Translations under genes and position numbers: made by a program
Shown here: positions 53,352-64,000 of the stretch, in pieces
Position numbering within the stretch: position 1 is the first letter of the stretch
Layout of the letters: every line of letters starts with the position of its first letter
Notes under the pieces: generated by a model
What the model saw: the letters and a program-made list of their open reading frames with translations, nothing else
The model's database searches: none
What the model was told of the DNA's origin: nothing
Assembly: GCF_009914755.1 (NCBI RefSeq)
Contig: NC_060927.1
DNA length: 64,000 nt
Reading direction: 5' to 3' (one strand)
From: the human T2T-CHM13v2.0 reference genome, Homo sapiens

Positions 53352-55094
53352 CAATCTTGCTGCAAAAGGAATTGCGGTTTTGGACCACGAATTTTAAATC
53401 ATTATTACTAGGCTCAAACACATCTTTATTAGTCAAAGTAGGAACCATTACAATCATCACATTTTTGTCAACGAGAAATAAGTTTGTTTATTCCTGTAGA
53501 ATAAAAATCTGTGCTTCGGGATTCGACGAACTCTTGGAAAGCATTTTCTGCATCCTGCTAGTTGTGGAAGCGATTTCCCTGCAAAAGGTTCTGGAGATGC
53601 TTGAAGAAGTGGTAGTCGGTTGGCGAGAGGTCAGGTGAATATGGCAGATGAGGCAAAACTATGTAGCCCAATTTGTTCAACTTTTGAAGCATTGTTTGTG
53701 CAACGTGTCATTGGGCATTGTCGTGGACAAGAATTGGACCCTTTCTGTTGACCAATGCCGGCTGCAGGAATTGCAGTTTTCGATGCCTCTCATCAATTTG
53801 CTGAGCATAATCTTTGAAGTAATGGCTTCACCGGGCTTCAGAAAACTGCAGTGGATCAGACCAGCAGCAGACCACCAAACAGTGACCACGGCTTTTTTAA
53901 TGCAAGTTTGGCTTTGGGAAGTGCTTTGGAGCTTCTTCTTGGTCGAGCCACTGAGATGCTTGTCACCAGTTGTATAAAATCCACTTTTCGTCGCACGTTA
54001 CAATCTGATCGAGAAATGGTTCACTGTTGTGTAGAATCAGAAAATGACACTTCAAAACAACATTTTTTTTTTTTTTTACTTTCGCTCAGCTCATGAGGCA
54101 CCCACTTATCAAGTTTTTTCACCTTTCCAATTTGCTTCAAATGCCGAACAACCGCAGAATGGTCAACTTTGAGTTCTTCGGCAACCTCTTGTGCAGTTGT
54201 AAGAGAATCAGCTTCTATGATCACTCTCAGCTGGTCCTTGTCAACTTTCTTTTTTTTTTTAAAAAAAAATTATACTTTAAGTTCTAGGGTACATGAGCAC
54301 AACGTGCAGGTTTGTTACACATGTATACACGTGCCATGTTGGTGTGCTGCACCCATTAACTCGTCATTTACATTAGGTATATCTCCTAATGCTATCCCTC
54401 CCCACTCCCCGCATCCCACAACAGGCCCTGGTGTGTGATGTCCCCCTTCCTGTGTCCAAGTGTTCTCATTGTTCAGTTCCCACCTATGAGTGAGAACGTG
54501 CGATGTTTGGTTTTTTGTCCTTGCGATAGTTTGCTGAGAATGATGGTTTCCAGCTTCATCCATGTCCCTACAAAGGACATGAACTCATCATTTTTTATGG
54601 CTGCATAGTATTCCATGGTGTATATGTGCCACATTTTCTTAATCCAGTCTATCATTGTTCGACATTTGGGTTGGTTCCAAGTCTTTGCTATTGTGAATAG
54701 TGCCGCAGCTTTCAATGGCCGGTCACTATGCTCCTCATCTTCAAGGCCCTTGTCTCCTGTGCAAAATTTCTTGAACCACCACTGCACTGGACCTTCGTTA
54801 GCAGTTCCTGAGCCAAATGGGTTGTTGGTGTTGTGAGTTGTCTCCACTGCTTTACAATCCATTTTCAACATCAGTAAGAAAATTGCTCCAATTTGCTTTT
54901 TGTCTAACATCATTTCCATCGTCTGAAATACATATAAAACAAACAGCAAATAATAAGTCATTACCAAAAACAAAACGAGAAATGCACATTAAAATGATGT
55001 ATAACATATTTCACACTTAATTCAGAATGTATTCCAATATCAAATGGCAAATTTCAACAATGCAAACACTGCAATTACTTTTGCACCAACTTAA
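53352..55094 (-). mobile_element. Near full-length Hsmar1 mariner DNA transposon (defective), interrupted by L1PA
   Basis: 30-bp TIRs at 53352-53381 and 55065-55094 resemble TTAGGTTGGTGCAAAAGTAATTGCGGTTTT, each flanked by TA (53350-51, 55095-96). Minus-strand peptides MEMMLDKKQI, WVPHEL, VTCDEKW, VMVTVWWSAAG, HDNA and YSPDLSPTDY. Length without the L1 insert is about 1.28 kb. Confidence 0.96.
54250..54705 (-). mobile_element. 5'-truncated L1PA (about PA3-PA5) nested in Hsmar1
   Basis: L1 3' UTR plus ORF2 C-terminus (AALFTIAKTW...SLIGGN*). TSD ca(a/g)ctttc at 54242-54249 and 54706-54713. TTTC/AA endonuclease-type site. Confidence 0.95.
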
Positions 55095-56368
55095 TAATTG
55101 AGGCAGTTTAAACATAGTAATTTGGTATGCAGTTTATTTATAATTTTTAGTGATGAGAATGTTCTCAAATATTGATATTTCAGATTTCAGGTCAAATGTT
55201 ACTTTTTCATGGAGACCTCCTGACTTTTCACAAGCCACCCTCCTGCCCCACCACCTCCTAAATGACTGTCACCCCTATTCCTAGCATACAACACCTGATA
55301 AGTTCCTCTACCTCCTTATGCATGTTCTTTGTTGTATATCCACAGCTTACAATTATACATTAATGCAATCATTTGATTGATCTTTATTTCAGCCAGGAAA
55401 CTGCAAGCTGTGTGAGGCCAATCCCCATTTCATGAAATTCTCCCTTAACTCTCAGCATTTACAGTTCCTGTATTAATTGCCCATTAATTAAAATTATCTA
55501 AAAAATGAATAATAAGAGCTTTCCCAAATAAGAGAGCTAACAACGATTTTTGTTTTGTTTTGTTTTTTGAAAATAATTTGATGATTTACACTATATTACT
55601 TGAAATAATGTCTTTTAGGGATTTCATTGTCTCTTTTAATGGCATAAAATTAAGTACAATTCTTATATATAAACGCATATATCTTGAATAATCTATAATA
55701 TATCTATATTAAATATATTACATTGTCTTTTTTACTAGCAGACATATTTAGTTAAATGTAGCTAGAAAATACAACTGGCTTGTGAACTGAAGTTTAACTG
55801 AAAAAAAAAAACTATGTAAAGATAGCTTCATATTGAAAATTATATTGATTGTTATCAAGGGGAAAAAAGTGAGAATCCTGTAAATAAATCCAGTTGAGCA
55901 AATCATAGAACTGTTTAAAATGAATAAATCATAGACAGGAATGAAAATAATAAAAATACTTTCTAAAATAAGTAATTACTTTTCTACTTTACAGTATGAT
56001 GTTATTTGCCTGTAGTATTAGAATTATTGCTATTTGGGAAGTTTGGGTTCTAAAAATCTTACCAACTGGATTTCTAGCTTTCGCTTTGTGAATGGGGTTT
56101 TATATGCAGAAATAATATTTTGACAACTGTGTGTCAGCAATAATCACCTGGGATTCTGCCTTTATGAATCACAGTCCAAATTCTACTTCATAGGCTGAAT
56201 AGTCAATCCAGGAACATCAAATTTTTGACATATGTGATATGTGATTCTTGGTCACTTGAAATTTTTCTGACTAAACTCTATTTTAAGTATGTCACTTTCA
56301 CCTATTATGCTGACCTTTCAAGGAAGGATGTCTGATTAAATTAGAAAAACATGGCAAAATCTTACAGG

Positions 56369-56369
<1 letters not shown>

Positions 56370-56405
<36 letters not shown>
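56370..56405 (+). repeat. T36 homopolymer
   Basis: Seen directly; no Alu or L1 body downstream. Confidence 0.95.
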
Positions 56406-56406
<1 letters not shown>

Positions 56407-57944
56407 ACCCTTTCCTTGAAACAAAATGCACTCTGAAAAAAAAAAGGGAAAACGTGGACAGGTGCTAGAAATCAGATAAGATAGAATTTATTCTAGCGAC
56501 TTTTAATTTATAAAAAGTAAAATGTTTTCTTGGTGCTTTAAAAAAATAGAAGTGATTTTTCTGTTGCTAACACTATGTCTCTTTATGAATTGTGTTCTCT
56601 TCATCAAAACAGTGTTTATGTTTTAGGAGATTGGATTAGAATTTTAAAAATATGGCATGTACTATATTTCATTTCTTTTACTTTGATGTAAGCTTAGTGG
56701 GATTTAAAATAAAGGAGACTTGAAACATAAGTGCATGGGTTTTATTTCCTCCAGCTTTACTCATGAATTCATTTGTGCTTTATAATCCTTACCTAACATA
56801 TATTAACTATAAAGTTAAATAAAAAGCTAAGATGTAGTCAAATAATTTTCATTTCTATTTTGACAGTTTAAATATTTCATATATTTGCTATAATCATTCT
56901 TTATTTTTTTAAAGTAGATTTAAAAATTTCAAATAGAAGACAAAATTCTGCTTCTGCTAGTTTCTCATATTGATAACATTTTTTCTCTAAAACAAATAAC
57001 TTTGGCACTAAGCTCTGTTTTGTTGTGCAACTTCAAATTAGCATATTTTCTGGTCAAAAATGCACAGTTATTAAAATAAAAGTGACCAAAAATATACATA
57101 TTATAATTTTAAAAGAATGGCTTTCATATTCAATTCATTATACATTAAATGTGTTGAAACATGCAAAATAGTGTATGGCAGACTGAATAGGTTTGTGCAT
57201 TATTAAGAAATGGCCTATTCCTTTAATATTTTATAAAGAGTATATTCAGACTAAACATTATGTTTTCAAGCTTCCAAGTGTTCTTTTGTATGAAGGATAT
57301 AAGAACAAGATACATACCCTGATGGAAAGGAGTTTCAACTGTTTCATTCCATTACGTGTAAAACAAGAATTTATAAAAATAATTCACACAAAAGCTTTGC
57401 TTATTTAAAATATTGCCTCCTTTATGAAAATTTTTAATTATTTGGACCCTTAGGCTTATTACACTCTGGTGCTTAGTTTCTTTTGAAAGATTAAAAAAAG
57501 AAATTAAATTTAGTCTATAAAAACTATGGTATAGTATACTTTTTACGTAAGTCCCATGTCCCAAATGATAGTCATTGAACCTAAGAATGCTTAATGGCTA
57601 TGATGTATACAACATAAACCACCTTAAGTATTTCTGCAACCTTAATAGCTGTAGATTACCATTACTTTTTTTCCTACATATGATGCTCACTTTATTGAGA
57701 AATAATTATGTGAATAAAAATATTACCAAAGTAATGTATGAGATTCCTTGGGAGTTGCTAAAATCATTCATCTCCATTGCATGTGACATAAGAAGAAAAA
57801 TGTCAAAGGGGCTGATACACTTGGATTTTTCTGATATACTTAAAATCATATTATTACACATTATTTTTATTAATTTTGTTAATAAGGCAGTTTGATATAC
57901 ATAAACTAACAGATCAAAATTGTTACCTTTAAACTTGTATACAG

Positions 57945-58085
57945 TAGTTGTTAGAAATGCAAAATTCTGGGCCCCAATCATGACCTGTTGCATTAGAAAC
58001 CCTGAGGATGGGGCCCAGCAATAAGATTTTTAATAGGCTGTCCATGGGATTCTGATGCTACTCAAGTTTGGGGATTGCTGTGTTA
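57945..58085. mobile_element. MER5A-like
   Basis: ttgttagaaatgcaaaattctgggcccca...ggggcccagcaat...gattctgatgc...aagtttg. Confidence 0.75.
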
Positions 58086-60879
58086 GAAGATCGTTATCTG
58101 ATGTAATGAGGCACACAGTACTTACTAAGATATTCAGCTGCTGCTTGATTCAGGGCTGTAGTTCATCTCAACCTCTAAATACAGCACTGTGTATAATTCA
58201 TGATTAATATAACTGTTGATATTTTTAAAATATTGGATTTTACAATAAACACACAGGAAGAGAAAAGACGCGTTTCCCTGGCAACTTGGGAAATCTATTC
58301 CTGGAAATTTGTCATAGGAATTTATTTCCAAGTCATCAAATTTATCTCATGTATTCTTGGAATTTAGTTTGAACCACATGTAGTATCTTCAATATTTACA
58401 AATACTTGTACAGTATTTATATATCTGGAATCCATTGCTCATGATAAAAGAGATGATACTAAAACCCAAAAACTAAATAAACAATGAATTAAGTGATAGG
58501 AAAATGGGAATACAGAATTGGAAAGTCCCTGTCATGCAGTTACTAGAATATAAGGTTGTCTGGGAAATGACTATTAACTGTTCCTAGAGTGTTACTAGGA
58601 TCAGACTGTGATGAATTTTGTGTGCCACCCTAAAATGCTCACATCAATCAAAGACAACATTTTAAGCAGGTGATCAGGGAGGATAGTGTAATTGAAGAAC
58701 AAATAGGAATCAGAAAGGGCACTGTAAAAGTTCCCATTATAGGTTAATGGGACCTAGAATGAGCCTTTTATTCTTTGGTTATATATCTTGAGGATTTAGC
58801 ATCAAGTAGAACTTTTATTATTTTGTTAAGACTCCAGGAAGGGCTATTCTTAAAAATCAAATCTTCATTATTTTCTTTTCTTTTATGTTAATCAGATTAT
58901 AGTATTTATTATAAAGGCACAAAACAAAGAGAAGTCATATGTGGAAAACTGAGTAACTTGTAGGACCTATAGAGGACTCAGTGAACATGAAAATTATCTA
59001 GTAAACTAAGGAAAGCAAAAGAAACAAACAAAAGAGTGTGTGTTGGGGGACAGAAAAGTACTCTCGCAGTAGAAGTTATTATATTTCCCTTCTGTATAAC
59101 AGTCAATATTCTTTTGGGCCTAAGGTTAAGAATAAGCTAATTTTTTAAAAAATGTAAATGGCTACCTCCCTTCTCAATGTAAAGTGACAAGACCAAGAAT
59201 CCAGCAATCGGGGAGACAGCCTAGCCTATTCAAGAAAGGAGAGATGCAATGCAATGTTTTAAAAGAATTTTAACCATTTTGGATGGTCTATACTTGGATA
59301 CTATTCCATGCCATGGAATCCCAGGAAAACTGATAGCCGCACACTTCATAGGTTTACTCAAAAGTCTTCAATAGGATTTAAATCTTGTGGGTGATATGAG
59401 TCAATTTGGTAAACTGTGTTTGTCCAGAAATTCCCTGAATAAATATGTAATCTGTATCCGTATTGTTGGATGGATGTACTAGGTAGCCATTTCTTAAGTT
59501 GAATTAGTAACACAATTTTGATGGAAATTTGCCTATCCTGAGTGCTGAAAAGGCAGCAAATAAGCCATAAAAATATTATATGTAGAATCTTGTGAAAACG
59601 TTTATTGATAGAGCTGCTTCCATTTTCCATTAAAGGCAGCAAAATTTTACTTTATTTAGAGCAGTAAAATATATTTGAATGAGTAATCAAATTTTAGAGG
59701 TGGCAGAAGCGGCAGCGACTATAGAAATCATCTAGTGCAATACTCTAATTAGATAGACAAGCAATTGAGGCTCAAGTAGGCTTAGTGACTTGATGAAGGT
59801 CACGTCATTACCTTCTGGGTCTGGGTTCGGTGCTCTTTTCATTCCTCCTCTCTGTGGAGGAGTACTGGTCTGTGCACAGTGACAAAGAAGGATTTAAGAT
59901 TGTGTAGTTTAATATTATCAGATTATACTTTATAGAATTTCAAGACTACTTCAACCGAGTGTCATGCATTGCAGCAGCACCCAAGATAATATCCAAATCT
60001 GGAGACACAGCAGACAAAATAGAGCTACTTTTCTCAGCAGGTGAAAAATGCTGATCTTTCATAAGCCCAAGAGAAAAATCAGGTTGTATAGGATTATTAT
60101 TAGCTTTCCATTCTCGTGAATGTGTATCCCTTCATCACAACTTGATTTATGATCCAGAGACTGAGCTGTCACTTGACGACTAAAGATTCTTAACTCATTT
60201 TCTGACAAGTAGAAATTGATTTTAGCTTGAATTCAAAGATTAATCTAAATCTGCTTGCATTGAAAGAGTATTTTCAAATGTTGCTATGTAACTAAAATAA
60301 ATATCACATAGTTTCAATTTCTGTATAAGCCAATTAATTTTTGAAGATCTTTTAAAAATTAGTATATCATTTTCCTACAACTAGTCTTAAAACAGAAGGA
60401 TTGGATATGTTATCTTCTAGCCAGTAAATTCTCAAGATTTAAAATATCTCTAAATTGTTGGCTTTATTTTGTGCTTTCTGAACTGCTAAAATAATCACTA
60501 AATACATGTTGTTCATATGTAGCTTTCAAAATAATTGGATAATATAAATTAGAGTAACAAGTTAGTCCTTCAACAATTTTTGGAGACTAAAATATAAAAC
60601 AGAACAAATGAGCTTTATAACTCCCAAAAAACCTTTGTGGTGAAATTTGCTTTAGTGATTATCTCTTGGAAAATAAACACTTTTATTTTCTGAAATAAGT
60701 GATTCTGATTCAAAGAAAAGTTTAGGAGAGGAAAACATTTAGGGGAAGGTTAAGTGTAATAGCATTATTTCAGAAGTGAAAATATATGAGGTAATATTCG
60801 TTTCTAGAACCTATCAAATTCTTAATAGTTTATGTAGCATACAAGGGGCTTGTAGAATCTTTAGTACACTGAAATTTGT

Positions 60880-61190
60880 TCACTCTGTTATCCAACAACT
60901 GCTTTAGCTCCTGCTGTGTACTAGGTACTATTGTTGGCAGTAGAGATGCAAACAATACAATAGCTAATATTTCTCTAAAGGGCTATATACTATTCCTAGT
61001 GCTTTCGATATATCATTTCATTTAATTCTCACCACAATCCCATGAAGTTTTACAAGAGAGAACAGTAAGGCCCAAAGAATTTAAATAAATCGAACAAATT
61101 CACAAATCTAGTAAGTAAAAACATCAGGAATGGAAATCAGACAATCTGATTCCCATAAAATGCACGTCACCACTACTTTATACTACATAT
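60880..61190 (-). mobile_element. L2 terminus followed by MIR
   Basis: ctcctgctgtgtactaggtactattg (L2-like), then tcatttaattctcaccacaatcccatgaagttttacaagagagaacagtaaggc (MIR-like). Confidence 0.55.
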
Positions 61191-63629
61191 GGTAAGAGAA
61201 GTAAGCTATTTCCAAGGAAATCTTAAAGTTTAGTGGAAAAGACCAATACAGAGCCTCATACATTATGCCAAGGGTTTGGCTTCCATCTTAATGCAAAATT
61301 GTTATGAAGTCTGGGAATTAGGATGTTTACTCCATGGACTTAGACTAGAGGTGCAGAGATCAGACGGTCTACCAAAGTCATCAGAGAAAGAGGTCTAACA
61401 AGATATGGAAAGGAGGTAATAGATGCCAGGTGATTTATGCTATCTGTTCTATAAGAAAGGGTGTCAACTAGGCAGAAAGGGGGTAGAGAAATCAAGGATA
61501 ATTTCCATGATATTGTGATTGATGATAACTGATGCATGTCTTGGTTTCTCCTAGATCAATGTTTCCCAAACTTTAGAGTACATCAGAACCATCTGAAGGA
61601 TACCACCCTTATAGTTATGGATTGCCTTGCTAATGGTGCTTGTCCAAAGATCACACTTTAAGAACCAATGTCCTACATTAATACTAAGGCTTTCGCCTGC
61701 AAATAAATTTAAATGGCTTGGTATTATGAAAGTTTAAAGGACAGAACTTCAATGAAACTTTAAAAAGAGATGTGATCTGTTATATATATATATATACACA
61801 CATACGTCTAGGTGTGAATATATCTATGTATACATCTACACATATATCTGCATCTATAACACATATCCTAACATACCCAGTGGTATCCCATGTGCTATTT
61901 CAATATATGAAATTGTTTCATGGCCCCTATATTATAAATAATTTCTAAATTGCTGGAAATTTAGAAGATAGGAAATTTTTACACAGATTCCTCCAGGCAG
62001 TTGAAGAAATTTATATAATGTACTTCTAGAGTTTTAGCAGAGTCAATTATGGGTATTTTGGAGGTAGAGTATATATAGAAGCTAAAAATAAAACTTTTTT
62101 CTAAATATTAATTTTATATTGTATGCTATTTGCTATCTAAAACTGATAGTTTCTAAAAATAATTATAAAATATACTCATGACATTTGGTTGACAAAAGGG
62201 AGGTAATCACGAAACTTTAAATAGAATTTTAAACAATAATAGCCTTAGGAAATGTCTACCATATCACTTTTTCCCCCAACGTTCAATTTCCCTTTGAAAA
62301 GCACTGAAATGATAGATACAACATTTGTAGAAATTATGATTCTTAATAGAAACTTTGGTCTATATTTACCGCAATGTTTAAATGGGAGAGGAGTTATTGT
62401 TTAATCTGTTACTAGATCAGGGGCTGTTCCATAGGAAGTGGCTGTAAATAAACAGAGCATGAAACCTCTCAAGGCACTTATAAGTAAATGAGCTAACTTT
62501 TGTGGCCATAGGCCTGCTTTAAACATACCAAAAAAAATCTCATGAGTATTAACATTGATTTCATCCCAAAATGTTTACAGCAAAGTAAAAGGATGTTTTA
62601 ATTGTTTAATTATTGGTCTTTATTCAAAATTGACATAAACTGTTACTTATATTAACGTGCTTTTAGAGTACTTCCTCAGGAAATAGACACTTTTGAATTG
62701 TCATCTTAGAAGAATAGGATATCTCTCATCAAATACTGTGGCCAAAGTGCACCAAAAAAAGAAGATTTTTAAAATGTAAAAGCCATTTATTTAAATTGTA
62801 CATACTTTATTTTTATTGTTATAATCATTAGGAATTTCATGGATTGATTTAGACCAGTGAGCCATCAAATCTTTCAATAGCCTCACGCAGTAGAGATCCC
62901 CTTTATGCCTTTTCAAAAAAGAGCATGGATCCGGCACAATGCTAAATGAAGATTATGTTCAAAAAATTGAAATGACTGAACAGTTAACTAGCTGTAACAT
63001 GTTTAACAATAGAATGGGGAAATCCTCTTTTAACCTTTTAGCTAATTATTAAATATCTTAATATGAAAGAATCTAAATATTATTTATAGAATATTCTATA
63101 AAATATAACTAATGAAAAAATGAAAAGGTTACCTGTACAAAAGGAACTATAACATTATATTTATAAAATCTTTAAGTCCGGAATTCTGCACGATACCTAC
63201 AGAGTTTGGGAAAAAAAATTAAATTGTTTTTAATGAGACTAGATTTCTCTTTACTTTTCTAGTAATACTTTTGTGTTTCTTTTGGAATATACAATGTAGC
63301 TGGTCTATAAGCAATAATTCAAATTAAATAGAAAGCTGTCATGTTAATTAATATAACCCAATCTGTACTACTAAGTGGCGTTGAAAGATCTTGCTTTCAC
63401 TTGATTCTAGGTGATTAAGAATCAGTCATTAGTAATGTATAAGCACTTTTTCCCTAGATATTTCAGAGTCAAAAGAAAGCTAGAAACAAGTCTTACCCAC
63501 AAGGACCAAGTATACTAGTGTGTTTTGTCTTGTTCTTGCACTAGAGCTATCAAAGTCAAGAAAGAATATGGTCTATAGTGGTTGGAAATTTCATTCTAGC
63601 TGTCAATTATTTCATGTATAATGCGGGTT

Positions 63630-64000
63630 TTAAAAAAATTCTTTTTAAAATAATTTTAGATATACGGAAAAGTTGCAAAGATAGTACAGAGTTGCCATTC
63701 TCTCCACCTACTTTCTCATAATGTTAAATCTTACATAACTGTGGTACACTATCAAAGCTAAGAATTTATGTAGGTACATTACTATAAGCTACAGACTTTA
63801 TTCAGATTTCACTATATTTTCCAGTTACTTCCTTTTTCTGTTCCAGGATCCAATCCAGGGTATCACATTGCATTTAGTAGGAAGGAATTTTTTTCTTTTC
63901 TATTTATAGTCAATAATATATTTTACCACATATCATTTTGTCATCAGTTTAACTTTTTAAAATTAATAGGTTTATTTTTAGAGCAGTTTTAAGTTTACAG
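63630..64000 (-). mobile_element. L1MC-type 3' end fragments
   Basis: aaaagttgcaaagatagtacagagtt...ttttctgttccaggatccaatccaggg...cacattgcatttagt, and a further tatttttagagcagttttaagtttacag at the window end. Confidence 0.75.

Noticed and set aside
53156-53977. 160-aa and 109-aa plus-strand ORFs
   Set aside because: Antisense shadows of the Hsmar1 transposase coding region.
54250-54280. Functional L1 polyadenylation signal for the chimeric ORF
   Set aside because: The minus strand reads gtataa-T9-A11; canonical AATAAA is absent.
53352-55094. Active transposase or SETMAR paralogue
   Set aside because: L1 interruption, stops after ILYNW and HDNAQ, a poly-T expansion near 54063-54077, and no SET-domain sequence.

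Overview
AT-rich primate (human or very close hominid) genomic DNA covering the 5' end of EPHA3 (ephrin type-A receptor 3) on the + strand. About 27 kb of repeat-rich upstream sequence precedes a CpG-rich promoter and 5' UTR. Coding exon 1 (27788-27875, signal peptide MDCQLSILLLLSCSVLDSFG-ELIPQPSNE) is followed by a 19.4 kb intron 1 with a second CpG island near 34.5-35.0 kb, then the 65-nt exon 2 (47249-47313) and the start of intron 2. Nearly all other ORFs in the track are chance ORFs or repeat-derived. The most unusual structure is in intron 2: a near full-length Hsmar1 mariner transposon (both TIRs and TA duplications visible) carrying a nested L1PA 3' fragment. The insertion creates an open 148-codon antisense ORF that fuses the transposase N-terminal DNA-binding region in frame to the L1 ORF2p C-terminus, directly behind the splice acceptor equivalent to the one SETMAR uses. 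Other points: four out-of-frame upstream ATGs overlapping the EPHA3 start, two CTCF-like sites, an exonisation-ready antisense Alu, inverted Alus flanking exon 2, and a hairpin-associated 33-bp templated duplication. Nothing here proves a new functional system; these are testable candidates. Subfamilies and boundaries of old repeats were judged by eye and are approximate.
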